Shown here piece by piece: positions 56,103 through 64,000 of a stretch of DNA of 64,000 bases. Position 1 is the first letter of the stretch. Each line of letters starts with the position of its first letter. The notes under the pieces are model-generated. The model was not told where the DNA came from, made no database searches, and was given only the letters and a program-made list of their open reading frames with translations. The translations under genes and the position numbers were made by a program. Origin of the DNA: a virus (lineage: Duplodnaviria > Caudoviricetes); IMG/VR virus record IMGVR_UViG_3300032233_001498, positions 24,400 to 88,399 of that record; one strand, 5' to 3'.

Positions 56103-56937
56103 ACCGGATGAGGTAGATTTTCCTGACTGGATGCTGCCTGATAACCATTCACAGAAAATGCGTAAAGTATCAGTAAAACCTGCCAAGTCAATGAATGAGG
56201 CCATTGTTGATATCATGGCCAAACCTGCCATTAAGTTTACACCTGAAGACCTAATGAAAACGGTGTTGAAAGATAATGAATGAAGTACTACCAGATATCG
56301 TTTCCTGGTGAATTCGGCCAGCACGTAGATGAGATATGGTCAGAGAAACAAATCCTCAAGGCATACTATCCGCATTGGTGCGGTATGATGGTACAGAATG
56401 TCGCTGCGCCTGACCTGAATCCCGACACCTGTATTGATGACTGGACAGTAACGCATTGGGCAGTTGAAGTACCTAAGCCCGCATGGATTACAGAACCCGT
56501 TCATTACACCAACACCGATAACCCGATTGATTTCCCATGAACAGAATACACCTTAACACCAAAGACCTTGAGATAATCAATGCCATTGTCCAAGAACATG
56601 AGATATCAGTCTTTGAACTGATAATGACCTCCAATTCCGGTATAGGTTATACACTAGACCTAGAGTATTCAACCCACCTACATGGACGTGATGCCACTAT
56701 AACAGTACCAGTCACAGGTCCCGAGAACTGGTAATGAATAAGACCCTTGAAGCAATGCTAAGAGGTTATCTATTTTTCAGAGTAAATGATAGATATTTCC
56801 TTAGATATACACCTGCACAGAGATATAGAACTACAATAGAAACCGGTGATATATCCTTTGAAGGCTATCATATAGTAAAGAGATGGAGAGGTTTCTTCTA
56901 TAGGTTAGATAAACCAAGAGTAAAAACAATATGCTAA
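56071..56937 (+). CDS. Four small hypothetical ORFs (56071-56283, 56280-56540, 56537-56734, 56734-56937)
   Basis: Head-to-tail ATGA/TAATG coupling. Confidence 0.5.
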
Positions 56938-57385
56938 TATACGCAGGACAAGAAGTCACCACAAACAATTGGTTCACCCATATAGAACCAAATGACCCAC
57001 GATTCTATAACATAAAGACAATAGAATATACACCAAAGACCATAGAGGACATAGAGAGAGAATATAACATAAAGGTGATAGTAAAATGAAAGCAACCGAA
57101 GTAGAAACCAAAGAAGATTACATATTATACCTACAATCCGTCATAGATGATAAGGATAAGGTCATAGAGAATCAAATTGACCAGATAAAGAAACTATTAA
57201 GACTGTTAGCCAATAGTAAAGAATAGTGCAATAAAGTGGGATAAAGTGCAATGCAAACGCACCAGCGATATCCAGTAGAAAACCTGAAGAACCTAACGGG
57301 CAAGCATAGGCGCACAGACGGCCGATAGCCCTCGCACGGTTTCACAGTAACACAGAAAACCATAGAAACCGGTGTGAAACCTACC

Positions 57386-57414
57386 ATTATATCACATTTT
57401 TTCGTGCTTGGCAA
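57386..57414 (-). promoter_or_regulatory. Leftward sigma70-type promoter
   Basis: Reverse complement reads TTGCCA-N17-TATAAT with TGn extension. Confidence 0.65.
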
Positions 57415-57422
57415 CCATTCTT

Positions 57423-57553
57423 ACCGCAAACAAAAGTACTCACATTTGCCTCACTTAGTGGTTGACATATGTTATAGTCCGGTGTTGCTTTTAAACAACA
57501 ACTTACCTATCCGGTCAAGTATTGCTTGACAATTGCCTTGGTTCTGTTATACT
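57423..57553 (+). promoter_or_regulatory. Tripartite promoter cassette, copy 1
   Basis: ACCGCAAACnnAAGTAyTCA; TGTTG-N8-CAACA; GCTTGACAATTGCCTTGG..TATACT. Confidence 0.7.
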
Positions 57554-57587
57554 CTATCCATAGATTGAAATTTTAAAGGAATTCGAA

Positions 57588-57893
57588 ATGACTAAAGTTA
57601 TAACACCCCTTGCAGCTGAGTTAGCCTCTGCTCGCCAATCACTCTCATTTTTCAGAAGCGAAGTACAGTATTTGGCCGCAAAGGTTAAACTGGAAAGAAT
57701 TGATGCTAAATTGGCCAAGGCTGACGCTCGCAGAGCTCGCCGTGATGCCGCAATCGCAAAGGCTCAGGCTCGCCTTGACCGTTTGTTGGCACCAGTTGGT
57801 TCTAAAGCCGTCAAGTCTAATCGTAAACCTTCTAAGGTTAAAACCATTAAATTTACTGCCGCTGTGAACAAAATGGAATCAGCAACCGCATAA
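57588..57893 (+). CDS. Basic Ala/Lys/Arg-rich coiled-coil early protein
   Basis: AAGGA RBS behind a strong promoter. Confidence 0.7.
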   Translation: MTKVITPLAAELASARQSLSFFRSEVQYLAAKVKLERIDAKLAKADARRARRDAAIAKAQARLDRLLAPVGSKAVKSNRKPSKVKTIKFTAAVNKMESATA

Positions 57894-58126
57894 TGTTGAA
57901 AGTTGATAATATGAAAAGTTTTGGAATGTTTACCGATGCTGGTGATGCTAAGGTCGCTGCGATTGTAGAATGGGCTATTGCTAATCGTGCAGAGTGGACA
58001 GATGTTTTACCAGTATTGAATAATCTGGCTCGAAGTGATTATGCTGCTTTTGGTGAAGCTAACGACACCGCAGTCCGTGAAGCGGTCTATGATGCTTGCA
58101 ATTTTACGTGTGATTTTTACGCTTGA
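57893..58126 (+). CDS. Hypothetical early protein
   Basis: TAATG coupling. Confidence 0.65.
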   Translation: MLKVDNMKSFGMFTDAGDAKVAAIVEWAIANRAEWTDVLPVLNNLARSDYAAFGEANDTAVREAVYDACNFTCDFYA

Positions 58127-58140
58127 CGTATACACTCATA

Positions 58141-58273
58141 ACCGCAAACGGAAGTATTCATTTATTCCATGTGAAGTCCGTGGCTGACCTTTATTGTAAA
58201 CTTTATGGTGGTGTTGTTTTTACGCAACAAATTCTGACCGAGGGCTTGACAATTGCCTTGGAACCTGTATAAT
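58141..58273 (+). promoter_or_regulatory. Tripartite promoter cassette, copy 2
   Basis: Same three elements in the same order as 57423..57553. Confidence 0.7.
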
Positions 58274-58280
58274 TGGTTAC

Positions 58281-58595
58281 ATGATGAAAAAGAAAAGGTG
58301 TGACAGAAACCACGTGATATACGCTTTGACCGTTCCTATGACCGGCGACCAGTATATCGGTTTAACGGTTGCCCAAGGTCAAGCATTCCTACGTAGCGTG
58401 AAAGTCCGTGTGCAGAAGCACCTTTCACGTGCTAAGCAAGAGAATAAAGACTGGACGCTGTATTCGTTTTTGAGAGAAAATCCAGACGCTACAATCCAGT
58501 ATGAGGTTTTAGAAGTTGTCCGTGGTCGCAAACCAGCTCACCAACGTGAGCGCCAGTTAATCGCTGAGTTTGCACCTAGTTTGAACACTTTTTAA
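58281..58595 (+). CDS. Minimal GIY-YIG-like protein, probably near-leaderless
   Basis: HVIY.L......QYIGLT......R...H...E...E; ATG 7 nt after TATAAT. Confidence 0.6.
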   Translation: MMKKKRCDRNHVIYALTVPMTGDQYIGLTVAQGQAFLRSVKVRVQKHLSRAKQENKDWTLYSFLRENPDATIQYEVLEVVRGRKPAHQRERQLIAEFAPSLNTF

Positions 58596-58749
58596 GGATA
58601 GATTATGATTCGTATAGCAGTTGGTTTTTTGATTGTTTTTGGTTGTGTCGGTGCGCTTGATAATGCCACCGATGCTGAGTTGCTTCCGTTGACATTGGGA
58701 GCTATCGCTGGCCTTGTGTTAATGTTTGTTGGTATTAATAAGGTGAATA

Positions 58750-60629
58750 ATGGCTAAGATTTTAATTCAAACCCAAGATTACGAGAATTACGCTTGGGTA
58801 GATGGTGAGCTGCAGACCGGTCCAGATGCATACTGGAAGGCTAAGGGTGGACAGGACTATTTCATTACCAATTTTACAGGTAATGAAGAGCAGGCCACCG
58901 CAGTAGTCATGGCTATGCGTGATGACATAGAGGTGGCTAATGACGCCTTTGTTTCCACGATTATCGGCTGGACGATTGTATCGGATGATTACATGACCGA
59001 ATTCGAAAAGTCACAGCTGGAGTATGAGGGTAAGATTCGCTTCCCTGCAAAAGTATTGGAGATGGTATGAGCGCAATGAGTAGATTGGTGACCGATTTAC
59101 AATATGAGATTGAAATTGGTGAGCTGACATGGCGCATGATAGCTGATAAGTATGAGGTGCCATATGAGTGGGTCTGTGAAGCAGCTGCGATGATGACAGA
59201 AGCAGAGTAAGCACCCCACCCGTCAGTATTGGTCAGCTTACCAATAATGAAATAAGGAGTCCTCTATCATTGATATCTTACGTAAAAGATAGTTTTGAGA
59301 GGATATGATTGGAGTCAAATCCGCAATTACCAAAGGGTTTATTCCCTAAATTTTTCCGGCCAGGAATTTGTTCAGGAGTCGTTATGACCAATAGAGAATT
59401 ATTAGATAAACTTAATGAGGCACAGTCCTTACTATCCGATGTATATGCATGGGCATCCTTCCGTGAGGACACCTTTGCCGTAAACTCTGAGGTTGAGAGC
59501 TTGATGTCCGTTGCAGATTCGTGTATACTGGATGCCATTGATATATTAGAGTCTAATGATGAATAACATTAAAGCAGGTGCAGATATACATGCGGGTGCC
59601 TTTGGTTATTCCATCGGTACACAAGAGAAATATGAAGAATTTGAAAAATTGCGTAATCAGTCTATGAATGCCCATATTAAAGAACTTATGGGTAGGACGC
59701 TGGATGAAAAGTTTAGTCATACATGGACCACAATGGACTATGGTGACTTGGAAAAATTCTCCCAGCATTTCGCTGAGTTGATTGTACAGGAAGTTACCGA
59801 GGTTGTAAAGTGGACACCATCTATGTTTCCTAATGATACAATTATAAAAAATATTAAAAAACATTTTGGAGTTTAATAATGAAACTTACTACAGCCATTA
59901 CAGTCCTTCAGAAGGATGCAGAGTTTTTAGGTATGAACTTTTTAGATTTTTTGAAGTTTGTTAAGACCAACCCTTTGGCTCAGACCGAAAAGACTCTCAA
60001 AGCCTTTGCTGTCTTTGAGAGTGAATCTACAGGATGGCCGTCCTTCTTTTAATGAGGTTATATGACTGGTTGGCGAAAAAGACAAATAATGAATAATCAA
60101 TTTGAGTCCGTTATAAATGGTATAGAAACAGATACCAGCGGTAAGTGGGTAAAAACAGAGGATGTACGGAGAGTTGCTGAGCAAATTCTTGGCGTCTCCG
60201 TTGCATACTTAAAAGAGTGTGATTCTGATTTTGAAGGCGAGTTACTGGAGAACTTTTGGTATAATGACCAAGCTCCGGAAGCGCTGGAATAGCTGAGAAG
60301 CAAGAGAGAAAAATATGGTAGAAAAAGTAATTCGTGACGGCAAAGTGGCCGTTCTGGTATCGCCAGGTTTTGGTGCAGGCTGGTCAACATGGGCACATGG
60401 CGAGATTGGTGAACGATGTATGTTTGACCCAATCGTTGTTGCATGGGTTGAAGGCGGCAAGGTTGGTGAAGTACCGGTTGCACACTATGGTGATGCATAC
60501 TTCTATACCGGCGGTGCTGATGGTCTGGAGATTGAATGGGTGCCAGTTGGTACCGCATTTATGATTAGTGAATATGATGGTTCTGAAAGCATCCGTTTTA
60601 AAGAATCTGATTGTTGGACTGTTGCCTGA
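58750..60629 (+). CDS. Run of small early hypothetical genes (58750-59070, about 59384-59566, 59556-59876, 60062-60292, 60315-60629 and shorter ORFs)
   Basis: RBS-like motifs and contiguous packing; no recognisable families. Confidence 0.5.
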
Positions 60630-60646
60630 CTATAATCGAGTATAAT

Positions 60647-61060
60647 ATGACCCGTTGGATTGAAAACATTTCTATGAGTGATGCTCACCTTGGGCACCAT
60701 TCTGAATTAGGACCTAATGTGATGTTGATTCGCATTCAGGATCCTGCCACCGAGTTTTATCCTGTAAAGCATAAATTCAAGGAAGTCCATGAGTTTGAAT
60801 TCTTGGATGCCGAAGATGATGATAACTTTGACGATGATTTTAAAATTTCTGATGCACAGGCCAATCAATTGGTCGATTTGTTAAAGAAAGCCATGGACAA
60901 TTCGATGAATGTTATTGTACATTGTCATGCTGGTATCTGCCGAAGCGGTGCCGTTGTTGAAGTAGGCTCTATGATGGGTTTTACAGCGGTTGACCGGTTG
61001 CGGATTCCAAATATTAGAGTAAAACAAAAGATGATGAAAGTTCTTAACTATGAATTTTAA
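60647..61060 (+). CDS. Cys-dependent (PTP/dual-specificity) phosphatase
   Basis: VIVHCHAGICRSGA (CX5R). Confidence 0.8.
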   Translation: MTRWIENISMSDAHLGHHSELGPNVMLIRIQDPATEFYPVKHKFKEVHEFEFLDAEDDDNFDDDFKISDAQANQLVDLLKKAMDNSMNVIVHCHAGICRSGAVVEVGSMMGFTAVDRLRIPNIRVKQKMMKVLNYEF

Positions 61061-61071
61061 GGAAAAATCAC

Positions 61072-62138
61072 ATGAGTGAACGAGATTTGAGCAATTTGCG
61101 CTTTTTAATGGCGCTGAAAAACAAGGACATGATGGAATGGATGATTGCAGTCGGCAAAGACGATGTGGATTATGCTATGGCTTTGCTTTTGACTGCTGCT
61201 TTTGACGAAATTGATGTTGAAAATGAAAAAAATGACTGTTCCGAAGCAAAATCTTTGCTTGCCCAATTTATGTTGCCTAAAAATAACGTAGAAACTTTGC
61301 CTGCCAAGAACAAAAATTTGTGATATACTGTACATACAGTAAAAAATGAGGAAAAAACATGATTTCTAATTCTTTGTCGATGGCTTGCCGTCCTTATATG
61401 CAGTTTGATGTTGAAAATATTGAACACCGGCGCTATGTTTCTGAATTTTTGAAAACAATGTCATGGAAAAACTGTCCGTATCAATGGAGAATTGACGATT
61501 CTAGTCTAAATCTCTATCACTACTTTCAAAAAAAGTTGCTTGAGCATTATATGAAAACGGATGTTGAAATTTGTGATGTTAAAGTCGAAAATCAACGTGT
61601 ATTTAAGTTTAGAAAATGAAAAAACCTAAAATTCGCAATCCTGTAGCTAAAGATTTGCGTACTCCTAAGTATAGGATGAAAGTTGTGCTGTCCGTGAAGA
61701 GGTATGACCGCAACAAACAAAAATCCGAAGTTAGGAAAGAAGTCGATGAGTGATATGAAGGCGACAGATTATGATGGTTTCTATTTTTTGCCTGGTGAAG
61801 AAGATAATGCGTACAAGATTTCATTTTTCACCTTCAATGATGGCAAAGGCGGCACACCGATAGAAAATACCGAATTCGGTTTTAAATATCATGTTGCTTT
61901 CTTTAAATGGAATGATGATGAGTCGGTAGAATTCAATGATACGTTTGAGGCAATCTTTTCCGACCCAATGACGTATATTGAAGGCTTGGTGGGTTGTAGT
62001 TTGTACGGTACTTTTGTGAAAAAGACGGAAAAGTCGAAGGAATGGTTCGACAATTACCTCTCAAAGACATTGGATACTGTTACAATACAGAATAGAGAAA
62101 AAGTTATGGAGATAGCACAGTCTATTGCCGATAGTTAA
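61072..62138 (+). CDS. Small hypothetical genes (61072-61323, 61359-61619, 61746-62138)
   Basis: RBS-like motifs, contiguous packing. Confidence 0.5.
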
Positions 62139-62148
62139 AGGATATATT

Positions 62149-62433
62149 ATGAAACATGCATTTAGTGAAAAAGTTGGTCAAGATTGGTTGAAGGGTTTGC
62201 TCAATGAGCGTGTTGTGTCCGTAGTCTTCACTAAGACTGATGGTACCGAACGTGAAATGAATGCAACCTTACAAGAAGGCGTTCTTCCCGAGGTACAAAA
62301 AGATTTTGGTTCTGATGCACCCGTTCGTGCAAAGTCTAAAGATGCTTTGGCGGTGTGGGACGTTGATGCTCAAGGCTGGCGTAGTTTTCGGTGGGATTCT
62401 ATCAAGTCTGTTCGTTTTGATTTAGGAGAATAA
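62149..62433 (+). CDS. WYL-like/SH3-fold protein of T4-like phages
   Basis: V.FTKTDGTEREM.ATL...VWDV..QGWRSFRWD. Confidence 0.7.
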   Translation: MKHAFSEKVGQDWLKGLLNERVVSVVFTKTDGTEREMNATLQEGVLPEVQKDFGSDAPVRAKSKDALAVWDVDAQGWRSFRWDSIKSVRFDLGE

Positions 62434-62434
62434 T

Positions 62435-63576
62435 ATGGGTGATTTTGCAAAGATTGTTTTGGTTGCGGTATTGGTTTCATTAGCGCTCATTATTGGACCA
62501 TTTGTTACTATTTGGTCTCTGAACGTTTTGTTTCCTGTTCTTGCTATTCCATTTAATTTTGAAACATGGTTGTCGGTAATTCTTTTGAGTGCTGTCATTC
62601 GTTCTAACATTACATTTAAGAAATAATTATGGTTACTATCGTAAAATCTGAGTGGCATCAAGTTGAGAAACGTTATGCTTTGGAGTTTGATGAGGATATG
62701 CTGGCTGAAATTTATCCAGATTTGGATGAAGATGAGATTGCAGCCTTTCTAAGTGAAATTGAATCTGGTGAACGTGACATTGAAGATGTTATTAATGCAG
62801 CATGGGAAAACGGTGTTGACTTTGATTGGGACTGGCTCGATGAAGACGATTGGTGGACTGACCGAAAGGGCGGTTACGATGTTACATATTCACTAGAGGA
62901 ATAATCATGGCATTATGGTCAATTAAACCTACTTGGAAGAAATCTCTGATTGAACGCCAAGAATACACCAAAGATGGAAACCGTGTTATTATTGAAACCG
63001 GTTGGCGCTGGGGTGAATTCACATGTGAAACTGATGATGACAATCCACCAAAAATTGAAGCTGGTGATGATTTGTATAACTGCGATTATTCCGTTGAACT
63101 GGTTGAAGCCAACGATGGTTGTTGGGAAGAACATGACATGGATGAATGTGATGATGATGTACGTGAATGGTTAGAAGAGTTCTTGGAAGAAAATTCTTAT
63201 TTTGACCTTGAAGAACATGGTTGGGTGCAAGGTGATACCGAAATGATTATCAATTGTGAACCTGAGTTTGAAAAGTTGGAAGATTAATATGAAATATATT
63301 GTTGAATCTATTGGTATATTCCGCATGGTTCATGTGGTTGAGGCGTCAGATGAAACTGAAGCGTTTGCTGTTGCACGTGTTGCTGATGATAATTGGCAAG
63401 AACATTTGGGTGAAATGAAAATTGATATTCAACCTTATACAGAAGAACACATTAAACATTTCAAAGAAAAACAATTCTTTTGGGATGGTGTTGCATACCG
63501 TGCTGAAAATGGAACAGTTGGGTATTTGCATCCTACCGGTCTTACTGTTGAAGCAAATGATACACTAGTAAAATAA
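62435..63576 (+). CDS. Small genes: membrane protein 62435-62626 and acidic proteins 62629-62904, 62907-63287, 63289-63576
   Basis: RBS-like motifs; contiguous packing; hydrophobic or acidic composition. Confidence 0.6.
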
Positions 63577-63605
63577 AAATAACTTAAATAATTACTTAAA
63601 ACCAC

Positions 63606-63634
63606 TTGACAAATAAAAAAATTGGATATATAAT
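63606..63634 (+). promoter_or_regulatory. Consensus sigma70 promoter
   Basis: TTGACA-N17-TATAAT. Confidence 0.85.
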
Positions 63635-63637
63635 CCT

Positions 63638-63763
63638 ATGATGACAAAAATACACCTACCATTATCCGCTTGCACGATGCTCTCAACAGCATGGCAGGCT
63701 GAGTATCGCTCAATTAAAAGCGATAATGGCTTTTCACCACAAAAAGGGTTTGTGACCTCGTAA
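63638..63763 (+). CDS. Leaderless 41-aa peptide (candidate leader peptide)
   Basis: ATGATG starts 3 nt after the -10; MMTKIHLPLSACTMLSTAWQAEYRSIKSDNGFSPQKGFVTS. Confidence 0.45.
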   Translation: MMTKIHLPLSACTMLSTAWQAEYRSIKSDNGFSPQKGFVTS

Positions 63764-63790
63764 TCTGAAAACAAAATTACTACACCACAG

Positions 63791-63823
63791 ACCCTTAGAT
63801 ACGAAAGTACTAAGGGTTTTTTC
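63791..63823 (+). terminator. Intrinsic terminator
   Basis: ACCCTTAG/CTAAGGGT stem, TAC-GAAA-GTA cap, T run. Confidence 0.85.
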
Positions 63824-63859
63824 TTATGTGTTGCCGAAACAACATATTGGAAAAATGTC

Positions 63860-63888
63860 TTGACAGATGTTTGAAAAACGTATATACT
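63860..63888 (+). promoter_or_regulatory. Sigma70 promoter for tRNA-Gln
   Basis: TTGACA-N17-TATACT. Confidence 0.8.
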
Positions 63889-63923
63889 ACGTTTTGTTCT
63901 TTAAAAATTTATGAATGTTTTGT

Positions 63924-63997
63924 TGGGGATTTGTGTAGTGGTAGCACAGCGGCCTTTGAAGCCGTTAGTACAAGTTCGATTCTTGTATCCCCTGCCA
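63924..63997 (+). tRNA. tRNA-Gln(TTG)
   Basis: Full cloverleaf; GCGGC-CTTTGAA-GCCGT; TTCGATT T-loop; G73; encoded CCA. Confidence 0.93.
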
Positions 63998-64000
63998 TAT

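Noticed and set aside
57172-57414. Minus-strand ORF as product of the leftward promoter
   Set aside because: Its annotated start lies within the -35 hexamer; the internal ATG has no RBS and the product is not protein-like
59200-59380. Hairpins ATTGGT/ACCAAT and AAATTTTTCC/GGAATTT as an ncRNA
   Set aside because: Short isolated stems with no clear promoter, terminator or second copy
1-64000. CRISPR array, rRNA, transposase or integrase
   Set aside because: No regularly spaced repeats, rRNA-like tracts or recombinase/transposase motifs seen
1-64000. Stop-codon reassignment
   Set aside because: Core genes translate full length in code 11; TAG, TGA and TAA all end ORFs; tRNA-Gln has a normal TTG anticodon

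Overview
AT-rich 64 kb segment of a large T4-like (myovirus-type) lytic phage genome. Every gene I can support lies on the + strand and reads in the standard genetic code; I saw no introns, inteins, rRNA or CRISPR. Order: gp47/gp46, peptide deformylase, DUF4338-like protein, tRNA-Gly-like RNA, VWA/MoxR pair, glycosyltransferase and dNTP diphosphohydrolase, gp45/44/62/regA, Hsp20, dCMP deaminase, rubrerythrin/rubredoxin, tRNA-Met, gp43, uvsX, gp41, a second DUF4338-like protein, a late block of probable head-packaged proteins enclosing a sugar-modification cluster, a lysis cassette, gp61 primase, thyX, nrdA/nrdB, a lipid/Fe-S/PhoH/phasin auxiliary block, DNA ligase, many small early genes, and tRNA-Gln at the right edge. 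The auxiliary genes suggest a Betaproteobacterial host (inference). Best candidate for an undescribed system: a self-contained 67-nt, D-arm-reduced tRNA-Gly with non-proteinogenic hallmarks directly behind a DUF4338/Mom-like enzyme, suggesting tRNA-dependent glycyl transfer, possibly to DNA. Next best: capsid-targeted, protease-processed polyproteins carrying ligase, nucleotidyltransferase and kinase domains; a phasin plus DUF3563 unit under a PhaR-type box; and a PlcP lipid-remodelling module. All family assignments come from motif recognition by eye; no database search was run.
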